Below are positions 20,144 through 29,384 of a stretch of DNA of 64,000 bases, piece by piece. The first letter of the stretch is position 1; the number at the start of each line of letters is the position of its first letter. The position numbers and the translations under genes are program-made. The notes below the pieces were generated by a model. The model was not told where the DNA came from. It ran no database searches and was given only the letters and a program-made list of their open reading frames with translations. The stretch comes from an uncultured Acidobacteriota bacterium (lineage in GTDB: Bacteria > Acidobacteriota > Thermoanaerobaculia > Multivoradales > SZUA-115), in the NCBI GenBank assembly GCA_963805975.1, contig CAWDVR010000005.1, positions 256,001 through 320,000 on the forward strand. The letters run 5' to 3'.

Positions 20144-21811
20144 ATGTCGCTTCTCGCGACCCTCCTCCGCTACTCCCGACCGCTGCTGGTGCTGGCCCTA
20201 GTGGTCGGCATCGCGAGCGGAGCGGCCTCGACCGGCCTCCTCGCCCTGATCAGCCAGGCCGTGATCCACGAGCAGCAGCCGGGCCGGGCTTTCTTCCTCG
20301 CCTTCGTGGGGCTCTGCCTGCTGGTGCCGGTCACGCGGCTGCTCTCGGTCTTCCTGCTGCAGCGTCTCGCCCAGGGCGCGATCCTCGACCTCCGGCTCTC
20401 GCTCTCGCGCCAGATCCTGGCCTCGCCGCTGCGCCAGCTCGAGAAGGTGGGGCCGGCGAGGCTGCTGGCGGTCCTCACCAACGACATCGCCATCCTCTCG
20501 GCGACCATCGTGCTGGTGCCGGTGGTGGGGATCAACGGCGCCATCGTCGTCGGCTGCCTCGGCTACCTCGCCTGGCTGTCGCCGGACCTCTTCCTGATCT
20601 TCGTGGCACTCCTCGCCTTCGGCGTCGCCACCTACCGGCTGCCGCTCTTGGCCGGCGCCGAGCGCTTCCGCCGCGTGCGCCAGCTCCAGGACCGGCTGCT
20701 CGAGCACTTCCGCGGCCTCACCGAGGGCGCCAAGGAGCTCAAGCTGCACGCCGGCCGCCGGGCCTCGTTCCTGGGCTCGCTCGAGGAGGCGGCGGACTCG
20801 CAGCGCAGCGCGCAGATCCAGGCCGGCCTGATCTTCGCCTCGGCCGCGGCCTGGGGCCACGCGCTGGTCTTCCTGGTGGTGGGCGCGCTGCTCGCCGGCC
20901 GCACGCTCCTTCCCGGCCTGCCGCACGAGGTGATGGTGGGCTACGTGCTGATCCTGGTCTACATGGTGACGCCGCTCCAGGCGGTGCTCGACTCGACGCC
21001 GGATTTCAGCCGCGCCCGGATCTCGCTGTCGCGCATCGAGGATCTCAATTTGTCGCTTCATATCGCGGGCTCGCTCCGCGCCGAGCCCGGCCTGCGCGGC
21101 GGGGAGGAGCCGGCGCCCGGCTGGAGCGAGCTGGCGCTCGAGGGCGTGAGCCACGGCTACGTCGGCGAGAACCCGCAGGAGAGCTTCACCCTGGGGCCGA
21201 TCGACCTCGTGCTGCGGCCCCGCGAGCTGGTGATCGTGGCGGGCGGCAACGGCAGCGGCAAGACCACCCTCGCCAAGCTCCTGCTCGGCCTCTACGAGCC
21301 CGAGGCCGGCCGCATCGTGCTCGACGGCGAGCCGGTCACCGCCGCCAACCGCGAGGTCTACCGCAACCGCTTCTCGGCGGTGTTCGCGGACTTCCATCTC
21401 TTCCCCCAGCTCCTGGGCCTCTCGGCCGAGGGCCTGGACGACGCGGCCGCCACCTACCTGCGCGAGCTGAAGCTCGATCACAAGGTGAAGGTCGAAGACG
21501 GCCGGCTCTCGACCACCGCGCTGTCGACCGGTCAGCGCAAGCGGCTGGCGCTCCTCACCGCCTACCTCGAGGACCGGCCGATCTACCTCTTCGACGAGTG
21601 GGCCGCCGACCAGGACCCGCTCTTCAAGCGCCTGTTCTACGAGGAGCTGCTGCCGGAGCTGCGCGGCCGCGGCAAGACGGTGGTGGTGATCAGCCACGAC
21701 GAGCAGTACTACGGCGTCGGCGACCGCCTGCTCAAGCTCGACTACGGCCAGCTCACCTACGACGGCCTGCCGCCGCGGCCGGCGACCGCTCAGGCGGCGG
21801 TCAACCCCTAG
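20144..21811 (+). CDS. Cyclic peptide export ABC transporter (PvdE/SyrD family)
   Basis: TM domain plus GGNGSGKTT, LSTGQRKRLALL and FDEWAADQDP (family hallmark). Confidence 0.95.
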   Translation: MSLLATLLRYSRPLLVLALVVGIASGAASTGLLALISQAVIHEQQPGRAFFLAFVGLCLLVPVTRLLSVFLLQRLAQGAILDLRLSLSRQILASPLRQLEKVGPARLLAVLTNDIAILSATIVLVPVVGINGAIVVGCLGYLAWLSPDLFLIFVALLAFGVATYRLPLLAGAERFRRVRQLQDRLLEHFRGLTEGAKELKLHAGRRASFLGSLEEAADSQRSAQIQAGLIFASAAAWGHALVFLVVGALLAGRTLLPGLPHEVMVGYVLILVYMVTPLQAVLDSTPDFSRARISLSRIEDLNLSLHIAGSLRAEPGLRGGEEPAPGWSELALEGVSHGYVGENPQESFTLGPIDLVLRPRELVIVAGGNGSGKTTLAKLLLGLYEPEAGRIVLDGEPVTAANREVYRNRFSAVFADFHLFPQLLGLSAEGLDDAAATYLRELKLDHKVKVEDGRLSTTALSTGQRKRLALLTAYLEDRPIYLFDEWAADQDPLFKRLFYEELLPELRGRGKTVVVISHDEQYYGVGDRLLKLDYGQLTYDGLPPRPATAQAAVNP

Positions 21812-21888
21812 TCCACAAATCCCAACCTCTCCGCACTCTAGTCGGAACGCCGGCCAGCGCCGGGACGATGGATTCTCTCGGGGGATGC

Positions 21889-22914
21889 ATGGACGCACAT
21901 CGGTTGGTCTTGACAGAAGCGGAGATCGCTCACATCCAGGCCCAGCTCGCCGAGCTCGCGGCGCGCTACAGCTCGGTGGAGGACCCGCGGTTCCATCAGC
22001 TCGCCACCCTCCATGCCCACGAGCTGCCGCGGCGCGTGCGCGAGGCGATGATCGACTTTCGGGCGAACGAGCCGGCCTCGGCGCTCCTCATCGTCTCCGG
22101 CTATCCCATCGACGGCGAGAAGATCGGCCACACCCCCAAGCACTGGGAGAGCGAGCGCGACGGCGGCCGGGCGCGCGAGGAATCGATATTGCTGGTCCTC
22201 CTGGGCTCGCTCCTGGGCGAGTGCATCGGCTGGTCCACGCAGCAGGACGGGCGGCTGGTGCACGACATCTTTCCCATCAAGGGCAACGAGCAGGAGCAGC
22301 TCGGCACCGGCAGCGAGCAGGTTCTCTGGTGGCACGTGGAGGACGCCTTCCACCCCCACCGCGGCGACTACCTGGGGATGCTCTGCCTCCGGAACCCGGA
22401 CCGCGTGCCGACCACCTTCGCCGCCATGGCCGACCTCGACCTCGACCCCACCCATCTCACCCACCTGTTCGAGCCCCACTACTCGATCCGCCCGGACGAG
22501 TCGCACCTGCAGAAGAACAAGAAGAGCGATCGCGCGGTCGACGGCGAGCTCGCGGTGGCCTACGAGCGCATCGAGAAGATGAACTCGCAGGCCGAGAAGA
22601 TCGCCGTCCTCTTCGGCGACCCGCGCGCGCCCTACATCCGGCTCGACCCGTACTTCATGGAGCCGGCGGAGGACCCCGAGGCCCGGCAGGCCTTCGACAC
22701 GCTGGTCAAGGCGGTGGACGAGAAGCTCGGTGACCTGGTGCTCGAGACCGGCGACTACTGCTTCATCGACAACTTCCAGGGCGTCCACGGCCGGCGGCCG
22801 TTCAAGGCCCGCTACGACGGGCAGGACCGCTGGATGAAACGCATCAACATCACCCGCGACCTGCGCAAATCGCGCCCCTTGCGGGCCAACGCCCAGTCGC
22901 GGCTCATCAGCTAG
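21889..22914 (+). CDS. Fe(II)/2-oxoglutarate arginine beta-hydroxylase (VioC/MppO-like, TauD superfamily)
   Basis: QDGRLVHDIFP, WWHVEDAFHP (HxE iron ligands), DN..VHGRRPFKARYDG.DRWMKR. Confidence 0.88.
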   Translation: MDAHRLVLTEAEIAHIQAQLAELAARYSSVEDPRFHQLATLHAHELPRRVREAMIDFRANEPASALLIVSGYPIDGEKIGHTPKHWESERDGGRAREESILLVLLGSLLGECIGWSTQQDGRLVHDIFPIKGNEQEQLGTGSEQVLWWHVEDAFHPHRGDYLGMLCLRNPDRVPTTFAAMADLDLDPTHLTHLFEPHYSIRPDESHLQKNKKSDRAVDGELAVAYERIEKMNSQAEKIAVLFGDPRAPYIRLDPYFMEPAEDPEARQAFDTLVKAVDEKLGDLVLETGDYCFIDNFQGVHGRRPFKARYDGQDRWMKRINITRDLRKSRPLRANAQSRLIS

Positions 22915-22919
22915 ACGCC

Positions 22920-24083
22920 ATGCTCGGTCACCTCGCTCCGGCGCTCCTCGAGCGCTTCATGCGGCAGTACTACTTCGCCGTCGACGCCGACATCGGCTCG
23001 AGCGGCGTCGAGAACTTCTCGCTCGCCGACCTGAAAGCGCTCCTGGGCATCGCCCAGGAGGAGCTCGACTCCCTGGTCTTCCGCGACAGCCAGACGCTCG
23101 GCGGCAGCGGTCTGCGCCAGGCCCTGGCGGACCGCTTCGTGGGCGGCGACGCGGCCCGGGTGATGGTGACCCACGGCTCGACCGAGGCGAACTTCCTGAT
23201 CATGAGCACGCTCCTGGCACCGGGCGACGAGGTGGTGGTGCTCGACCCGCTCTACCAGCAGCTCTACGCCGTGGCCGAGGCGAGCGGTGCGGTGCTCAAG
23301 CGCTGGCCGATGCGGGTGGAGGCCGGCTTCCGCCCCGACCTCACCGAGCTCGAGGGCCTGCTCACCCCCGCGACCCGGATGGTGGTGGTGAACTTTCCCC
23401 ACAACCCGACCGGCGTCACGCTCACCCGCGGCGAGCAGGCCGAGCTGCTGCGGCAGGTCGAGCGCACCGGCGCCTACCTGGTGTGGGACGGCGCCTTCAG
23501 CGAGCTGACCTACGACGAGCCGCCGCTGCCGGAGCCCACGCTCGTCTACGAGCGGGCGCTCTCCATGGGCACTCTCTCCAAGGCCTACGGCCTGCCCGGC
23601 CTGCGGGTCGGCTGGCTGATGGCGAGCCCCGACATCCTCGAGCACTGCGCCCACCTCCGGGACTACACGCTGCTCCATCTCTCGCCGCTGATCGAGCTCC
23701 TGGCCCAGCGGGCCATCGAGCAGGCGGACGTGCTGGTGGGGCTTCGCCTCACCGCCGCCCGCGAGCAGCGCCGGATGACCGACGAATGGATCGCGCGCCA
23801 CCAGGGCGCCCTCGACTGGGTGCCGCCGGCCGGCGGCGTCTGCGGCTTCCCGCGCTTTGCCGAGGGAGTGGACGTCGACCGCTTCTGCGAGCGCCTGGCC
23901 GAGGAGCACCGCGTGCTCCTGGTGCCCGGCTCCTGCTTCGGCCAGCCGCAGCACGCCCGCCTGGGCTTCGGCTGCTCCAAGGCCGAGCTGGTCACCGGGC
24001 TGGACGCCGTCTCCCACCTGCTCGGCGAGGTGCTGGGGCGCGAGATCCCCGCTCTTCAGGCTGCGCCGGCAGCGAAAGCCTGA
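22920..24083 (+). CDS. PLP-dependent capreomycidine synthase-like (VioD-like) enzyme
   Basis: ALLERFMRQYYF..DIGSSGV N-terminus, NFPHNPTG, TLSKAYGLPGLRVGW; starts 5 bp downstream of the VioC-like gene. Confidence 0.85.
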   Translation: MLGHLAPALLERFMRQYYFAVDADIGSSGVENFSLADLKALLGIAQEELDSLVFRDSQTLGGSGLRQALADRFVGGDAARVMVTHGSTEANFLIMSTLLAPGDEVVVLDPLYQQLYAVAEASGAVLKRWPMRVEAGFRPDLTELEGLLTPATRMVVVNFPHNPTGVTLTRGEQAELLRQVERTGAYLVWDGAFSELTYDEPPLPEPTLVYERALSMGTLSKAYGLPGLRVGWLMASPDILEHCAHLRDYTLLHLSPLIELLAQRAIEQADVLVGLRLTAAREQRRMTDEWIARHQGALDWVPPAGGVCGFPRFAEGVDVDRFCERLAEEHRVLLVPGSCFGQPQHARLGFGCSKAELVTGLDAVSHLLGEVLGREIPALQAAPAAKA

Positions 24084-24877
24084 GACAGAAACGCGAACGA
24101 GCCGGGAAGCGCTCCCGCCACGTAGTCCATGTCGTGGCCGCCGGGACGCTCTTCGTAGTGGTGGGCGATGCCGGCCGTTTTGAGCGCCTGGTGGAAGGCC
24201 CGGTTCATGGCCAGCATGCGGTCGTGGTCTCCCGCGCCCACGTCGAGGTAGAGGGCGGCGGCGGGCGCGAGGCCCGGTGACAGGTAGCGGTAGGGGTCGT
24301 ACTCCTGCCGCGTGGCCGAGCCCGGTGGCCCCCACACTGCGTCGTGCTCGGCCTCGGTCGGCATGAACTCCGGCCGCGCCGCTCCCAGGGCGGCGTAGGG
24401 GTCGCCCTCGCGGCGCGGTGCGTCGAACGCCCCGGCGTGGCAGGCCACGGCCGAGAAGAGGCCGGGGTGACGGGCGGCGAGGAGGAAGGCCGCGGCGCCG
24501 CCCATCGAGAAGCCGGCAAGCGCCCGTCTCGCGCCATCGATCGGCCGGCCGATGCGGGCCTCGACCGCGGAGATCAGCTCGCCCACGAAGTAGTCCTCGT
24601 AGCGCAGGCCCTGGTGGTCGTTGATGAGCCAGCGCCGGAAGCTCTCCGGAAAGGCGGAGACCCAGGGCGCGGCCAGCACCTGCGCCGCGATCTCCGGGTG
24701 GGAGAGGAAGGACTCGGCGGTGCCGCCCCAGCCGTGCAGGAAGTAGCAGATGGGGAGCGGCACGCCGTCGTCCGCTCCGTCCGGCACCACCATCAGGCAG
24801 CGCTTGGCCGGGCGCGCGAGGCTGCGCGACGGGTGCCGCAGCGTGAGCACGCGCGGGTGCGAGGCGAGGCCGTTCAT
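24056..24877 (-). CDS. Alpha/beta-hydrolase esterase (S-formylglutathione hydrolase-like), possible thioesterase
   Basis: YFLHGWGG, GFSMGG nucleophile elbow, DVGAGD, GGHD; ATGA overlap with the adenylase gene. Confidence 0.85.
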   Translation of the reverse strand: MNGLASHPRVLTLRHPSRSLARPAKRCLMVVPDGADDGVPLPICYFLHGWGGTAESFLSHPEIAAQVLAAPWVSAFPESFRRWLINDHQGLRYEDYFVGELISAVEARIGRPIDGARRALAGFSMGGAAAFLLAARHPGLFSAVACHAGAFDAPRREGDPYAALGAARPEFMPTEAEHDAVWGPPGSATRQEYDPYRYLSPGLAPAAALYLDVGAGDHDRMLAMNRAFHQALKTAGIAHHYEERPGGHDMDYVAGALPGSFAFLSQAFAAGAA

Positions 24878-26424
24878 GCCGGGGAGCTGCCGAGCCCCGC
24901 GGCGAGCGCCCGGCGGTCCACCTTGCCGCGGTCGGTGCGGGGCAGGGAAGAAACGAGATGGATCTCCGCCGGCACCATGTACGGCGGCAGGCGCTCGGCG
25001 AGCTGGCGGCGCCACGTCTCCGGCAACGCGGCGTCGGGCTCCGCGCCCTTCGCCGCCACCCAGGCCACCAGCCGCTCGCCGACCACGGCCACCGCCGTCT
25101 CGCCGACCGCCGGCAGGGCCGCGAGCTGCTCTTCGACGTCCCCCAGCTCGATGCGGTAGCCGGCGAGCTTGACCTGGAAGTCCTTGCGGCCGTGGAAGAG
25201 GTAGCGACCCCGGCCGTCGACCGACACCAGGTCGCCGGTGGGGTAGAAGGCACGCCCGCTTCCCGGCTCGCGCCAGAGCACGGAGGAGTCCACGGCGCCG
25301 TCCCGGAAGTAGCCGGAGAGGAGCGAGGCGCCGGCCACCAGCAGCTCGCCCACGCCGTCCTCCTCCTGGCGCACCAGGAGCTCGCTGTAGGGGCAGGCGC
25401 GCCCGATCGGCAAGGGGCCCGGGTCCTCGAGGTCGTCCGCGCCCACCTCGTGATAGAGGCAGACGTTGGTTTCCGTGGGGCCGTAGAGGTTGGCGAGCAG
25501 GGCTCCCGGCACGAGCTGCGCGAGCTCCACCACCCCGGCCTTGGGAAAGGGCTCGCCGGCGAAGAGCACGGCGCGCAACGAGTCCAGCCGCGCCGGCCGC
25601 CGGCGCTGGCTGGCGGTGATGCGGGCGAGAACGGTGGGCACCGAGTACCAGACCGTGACCGCCTTCTGCTCGATGAAGCGCGCGAAGGGCTCGCCGCGGC
25701 CGAGCGCGTACTCCGGCACCGGCAGCAGACAGGCGGCAGCGCGCACCGCCGCGAAGAGGTCGAAGACCGAGAGATCGAAGGACAGCGAGGCGTGGTTGGC
25801 CACGCGGTCCTCGGGGCGGAGGAGGGCGAGGTCGCCGGCCCAGTCGACGAAGGCGCAGGCCGCGCGCTGGGAGAGGGCGACGCCCTTGGGCACACCGGTC
25901 GAGCCCGAGGTGCAGAGAATGTAGGCCAGCTCCTCGTCCTCGGCCGCGTGGGGCCGGCCGTTGCCGCCCGCGGCCAGGAGGTCGCGCCAGGAGAGCACCT
26001 CGAGGCCGCCTGCTGCCGGGAGCGGCGCCGCCGTGGGCGCGTCCACCACCACGGCGAGCCGCAGGCCGGGAGGGGCGAGGGGTGCCAGGTGGGCGAGCTC
26101 CAGGCGCCGGCAGACCACGGCCTCGCAGCCGGTCACCGCCAGCACGGCGGCGGCGCGGGCGGCCGGGGCCGCGATGTCGATCGGCACGTAGGGAGCGCCG
26201 AGGCGCAGGGCGGCGAACACCGCGACGGGCACCTCGGCGCTCTTCGGCAGCCACAGGCCGATGCGGGCGCCGGGCCCCACGCCGCGGCGGGCGAGGCCGG
26301 CGGCCACCGCCGCGGCCCGGCGCTCGAGCTCGGCGTAGGTGAGGAGGTCGCTGCCGTGCTCCACCGCCGTGCGGCCGGGGTGGTTGGCGGCGGCGGCGGC
26401 GAGATAGTCGTAGAGCGGCGACAT
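24874..26424 (-). CDS. Stand-alone adenylation enzyme, L-proline-activating PltF/RedM/CloN4 type
   Basis: CTSGSTGVPKG, SFDLSVFD, WYSVP, LFAGE, NLYGPTETNVC; hand-read code DLFYLALVCK matches the pyrrole-pathway Pro adenylase signature. Confidence 0.85.
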   Translation of the reverse strand: MSPLYDYLAAAAANHPGRTAVEHGSDLLTYAELERRAAAVAAGLARRGVGPGARIGLWLPKSAEVPVAVFAALRLGAPYVPIDIAAPAARAAAVLAVTGCEAVVCRRLELAHLAPLAPPGLRLAVVVDAPTAAPLPAAGGLEVLSWRDLLAAGGNGRPHAAEDEELAYILCTSGSTGVPKGVALSQRAACAFVDWAGDLALLRPEDRVANHASLSFDLSVFDLFAAVRAAACLLPVPEYALGRGEPFARFIEQKAVTVWYSVPTVLARITASQRRRPARLDSLRAVLFAGEPFPKAGVVELAQLVPGALLANLYGPTETNVCLYHEVGADDLEDPGPLPIGRACPYSELLVRQEEDGVGELLVAGASLLSGYFRDGAVDSSVLWREPGSGRAFYPTGDLVSVDGRGRYLFHGRKDFQVKLAGYRIELGDVEEQLAALPAVGETAVAVVGERLVAWVAAKGAEPDAALPETWRRQLAERLPPYMVPAEIHLVSSLPRTDRGKVDRRALAAGLGSSPA

Positions 26425-26449
26425 GGCGGCCGGCAGCTCCCGGGGGTAG

Positions 26450-27613
26450 CTAGAGCCCGAGGGCGCTCGCCAGGAGGTTTTTCTGGATGTCGGAGGTGCC
26501 GGAGGCGATGGTCCCCGCCACCGCGTCGCGCACGTCGCGCTCGGCGACGGCGCCGTCGGCACCCGGGCGGCGCGAGTAGCCGGCGCCGCCCAGCACCCGC
26601 AGGCCGTCGAGGTGCGCGGCGAGCGCTCCTTCGGAGAGCACCAGCTTGGCGAGCGGGGCGAGCGTCGAGTCCCCGCGCTCGAAGAGGGCCTGGGCGGCGG
26701 CGCGCAGCACCAGGCGCATCTGCCAGTACTGGGCGAGCATGCCGACGATGCGGTGCGAGACCGCCTGGTAGCTCGCGATCGGCTGGCCGAACTGGCGGCG
26801 CTCGCGGGCGTGCTCCACGGCGCGCTCGATCTGCCGCCGCACGGCGCCCACCTGCGGCGCCTGGATCAGCGCCCGCTCCCAGGCGAGCGAGGTCTGGAAG
26901 ATCTGGTTGCCGCGGCGCTCGCGGCCGAGGAGGGCGCCCTGCGGCACGAAGCAGTTCTGGAGGGTGAGCGAGGCGAGCGGCGCGCCCTCGAGGCCCATCA
27001 GCGGCTCGGGCGGCCCCACCGCGAGGCCCGGCGTCTCGCGGGGCACGAGGAAGGCAGAGATGCCGCGGAAGTGCAGCCGCGGGTCGCTGGTGGCGAAGAT
27101 CACGAACAGGTCGGCGGCCGGCGCGTTGGTCACCCAGCGCTTGGCGCCGTCGAGCACGAACCCGCCGCCTTCCGCGCGGTAGCGGGTGGCGAGGCTCATC
27201 ACGTCGGAGCCGGCCCCGGCCTCGGTGGCGGCATGGGCACCCACCAGGCTGCCGTCGAGGAGCGGCGGCAGCCAGCGCGCTTTCTGCTCGTCGCTGCCGA
27301 AGTCGGCCACCGGCCGGGCCACGGCCCAGAGGTGCGCGCCGGCGCCGAACAGAGGGCCGAATGCGGGCAGGCCGGCGCCCAGGCCCTCGAGGAAGTCCAG
27401 CACCTCCTCGCAGCCGAGCCCCGGGCCGCCGAGCTCCGCGGGGAACGGCAGGCGAAAGAAGCCGCAGCGGCCGAGGCCCCGCCACAGCTCGCGGCTGAAG
27501 CCCGCCGCGTCGCCGTCAGCCGAGCCGTTGACCGCCGGGGCCAGCTCCTCGGCGGCGATGCGGCGCGCCTCTCGGTAGCGCTCCGTGGGCGGCGGAAAGC
27601 ACGGCTCGAGCAT
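26450..27613 (-). CDS. Acyl-CoA dehydrogenase family, L-prolyl-PCP dehydrogenase-like (PltE/RedW)
   Basis: GAHLWAV, AHAATEAGAGSD, GAKRWVTNAP, RRQFGQPIASYQAVSHRI, TIASGTSDIQ; adjacent to the Pro adenylase. Confidence 0.88.
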   Translation of the reverse strand: MLEPCFPPPTERYREARRIAAEELAPAVNGSADGDAAGFSRELWRGLGRCGFFRLPFPAELGGPGLGCEEVLDFLEGLGAGLPAFGPLFGAGAHLWAVARPVADFGSDEQKARWLPPLLDGSLVGAHAATEAGAGSDVMSLATRYRAEGGGFVLDGAKRWVTNAPAADLFVIFATSDPRLHFRGISAFLVPRETPGLAVGPPEPLMGLEGAPLASLTLQNCFVPQGALLGRERRGNQIFQTSLAWERALIQAPQVGAVRRQIERAVEHARERRQFGQPIASYQAVSHRIVGMLAQYWQMRLVLRAAAQALFERGDSTLAPLAKLVLSEGALAAHLDGLRVLGGAGYSRRPGADGAVAERDVRDAVAGTIASGTSDIQKNLLASALGL

Positions 27614-27630
27614 CCGAGGGTCGCCCGACC

Positions 27631-29028
27631 TCAAGCGCCAGCGACGAGGTACTTGTGCTGTTCTTCCTCGAGCGCCGCGAGGCTCCGGGAGACCACCTCG
27701 TCGGGGATCACGCAATCCTCCATCATGCCCTGGAGGTGCTCCTGGTAGCCGCTCAGGTCGAAGGCGCCGCCGCCGCTGATGTTGACCAGCAGCACCGGCG
27801 ACTTGTCGCCGCTGCCGGCGCGGCGCGCCTCTTCGATCGCCGCGCAGAGCGCGTGTGCGGACTCGGGCGCCGGCAGCACGCCCTCGGTGCGCGCGAAGAG
27901 CATCGCGGCGTCGAACACCGCCCGCTGCGGGCAGGCCACGGCCTCGAACACGCGATCGGCGAAGAGCGCGGAGAGAAACGGCGAGGTGCCGTGGTAGCGC
28001 AGGCCGCCGGCGTGGATGCCGGGGGCCTCGAAGCCGCTGCCCAGGGTCATCATCCGCGCCACCGGGGTGGTGCCGGAGAAGTCGGTGCGGGTGTAGGCGT
28101 AGACCCCGCGGGTCATCTTGGGGCAGCCCGCCGGCTCGACCGCCACGCAGCGCGGCCGGTGCGGCTGCGCTGCGTCGCCCAGGAAGGGGAAGGTGATGCC
28201 GGCGAAATTGCTGCCGGCGCCCATGCAGGCGAAGATCGCGTCCGGGTACTCGCCCAGGGCCCGCATCTGCCCCAGGGCCTCCTGGCCGATCACCGTCTGG
28301 TGCAGCAGCACGTGGTTCTCGCCGCTGCCCACGGCGAAGAGGGTGCGCTCGCCGGAGGCCGCCATCTCCAGCGCCTCGCCAGTCGCCAGCGCCAGGGTGC
28401 CGAGCTTGCTGGCGCTCTCGGCAAGGGCGCGCCGCCCGACGGCGGTCAGGTCGCTCGGGCTCTCGTGGAGGCGGGCGCCGAAGATCTCCATCATGGTGCG
28501 CCGCTGCGGCTTCTGGCGCAGCGACACGGCCGGCATGAAGACCGTGCACTCGAGGCCGAAGAGCTGGCAGGCGAAGGCCAGCGCCGTGCCCCACTGGCCG
28601 GCGCCGGTGCCGGTCACCAGATGTCGCACCCCGGCCTGCCGGTAGTAGTAGGCCTGGGCGAGGGCGCTGTTGAGCTTGTGGCTGCCGGAGATGTTGGCGC
28701 CTTCATACTTGTAGTAGATGCGCGCCGAGGTGCCGATGGCGCGCTCCAGGCGGCTGGCGCGGCGCAGCGGCGTCGGGCGGTAGAGGGCATAGCACTCGCG
28801 CACCGGCTCGGGGATCGCGATCTCGCGCTGCGTGGTGTTGAACGACTGGCGGGCGATCGCCAGCGGCATCTTCGGCAGGTGGCGGTAGAGGTCGTCGGCC
28901 AGCGGGTCGGCCGCCCCCGGCAGCTTCGCGCCCGCTTCGCCGTGCTGCGGGTAATCGGCCAGGAGGTTCCGCCAGGTGGTGGGGACGCCGATCGCGCTCT
29001 CCGTGGTGGGCTCGGTCAAAACGCTCAT
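27631..29028 (-). CDS. TrpB2-type PLP beta-substitution enzyme with a remodelled active site
   Basis: YRPTPLRRA, KYEG..SGSHKLNSA (PLP Lys), TGAGQWG, HAGGLRYHG, PAPESAHA; no trpA in the window. Confidence 0.92.
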   Translation of the reverse strand: MSVLTEPTTESAIGVPTTWRNLLADYPQHGEAGAKLPGAADPLADDLYRHLPKMPLAIARQSFNTTQREIAIPEPVRECYALYRPTPLRRASRLERAIGTSARIYYKYEGANISGSHKLNSALAQAYYYRQAGVRHLVTGTGAGQWGTALAFACQLFGLECTVFMPAVSLRQKPQRRTMMEIFGARLHESPSDLTAVGRRALAESASKLGTLALATGEALEMAASGERTLFAVGSGENHVLLHQTVIGQEALGQMRALGEYPDAIFACMGAGSNFAGITFPFLGDAAQPHRPRCVAVEPAGCPKMTRGVYAYTRTDFSGTTPVARMMTLGSGFEAPGIHAGGLRYHGTSPFLSALFADRVFEAVACPQRAVFDAAMLFARTEGVLPAPESAHALCAAIEEARRAGSGDKSPVLLVNISGGGAFDLSGYQEHLQGMMEDCVIPDEVVSRSLAALEEEQHKYLVAGA

Positions 29029-29369
29029 CCAGCCTTCCCCCGCGCCGCCTTGGCGGCGAGAAAATCGATCAAGTCGCCGAGCGTCACCGGTGCGGCCTCG
29101 TAGAGGTCCTCGTCGTCGACCACGATGCCCAGCGCACCCTCCATGCCGAGCAGGAGGCGCAGGAACCCCGAAGAGCTCACCACCTGGCTCAGCAGTCGGT
29201 CCTCTTCGGCAATAGAAGAGGGGCTATCCGAGGTCAGCCGGCAGACCTCCTGCCAGAGGAGCGCGGCGACGCGCTCGCGGCCGTCCGCGGCCCCTGCCGG
29301 TTCGAGGTGGGCGCCGGCCCCTCCTGTTTCGAGGTCCAGAGCCGGCGGTGCATAGGAGGGGTCTCTCAA
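29025..29369 (-). CDS. Stand-alone carrier protein (PCP/ACP), start uncertain
   Basis: Small acidic helical protein, EDRLLSQVVSSSGFLRLLLGMEGALGIVVDDEDL..TLGDLIDFL; ATGA overlap with the TrpB-like gene. Confidence 0.75.
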   Translation of the reverse strand: MRDPSYAPPALDLETGGAGAHLEPAGAADGRERVAALLWQEVCRLTSDSPSSIAEEDRLLSQVVSSSGFLRLLLGMEGALGIVVDDEDLYEAAPVTLGDLIDFLAAKAARGKAG

Positions 29370-29384
29370 GCCGGGTCACTCCGT

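Noticed and set aside
24874-26424. DltA / teichoic acid D-alanylation operon
   Set aside because: No DltB or DltD; the neighbouring acyl-CoA dehydrogenase and the specificity code fit a proline-to-pyrrole cassette better.
27631-29028. Housekeeping tryptophan synthase (trpB)
   Set aside because: No trp operon or trpA in the window, the catalytic Glu is absent, and the gene is embedded in a secondary-metabolite operon.
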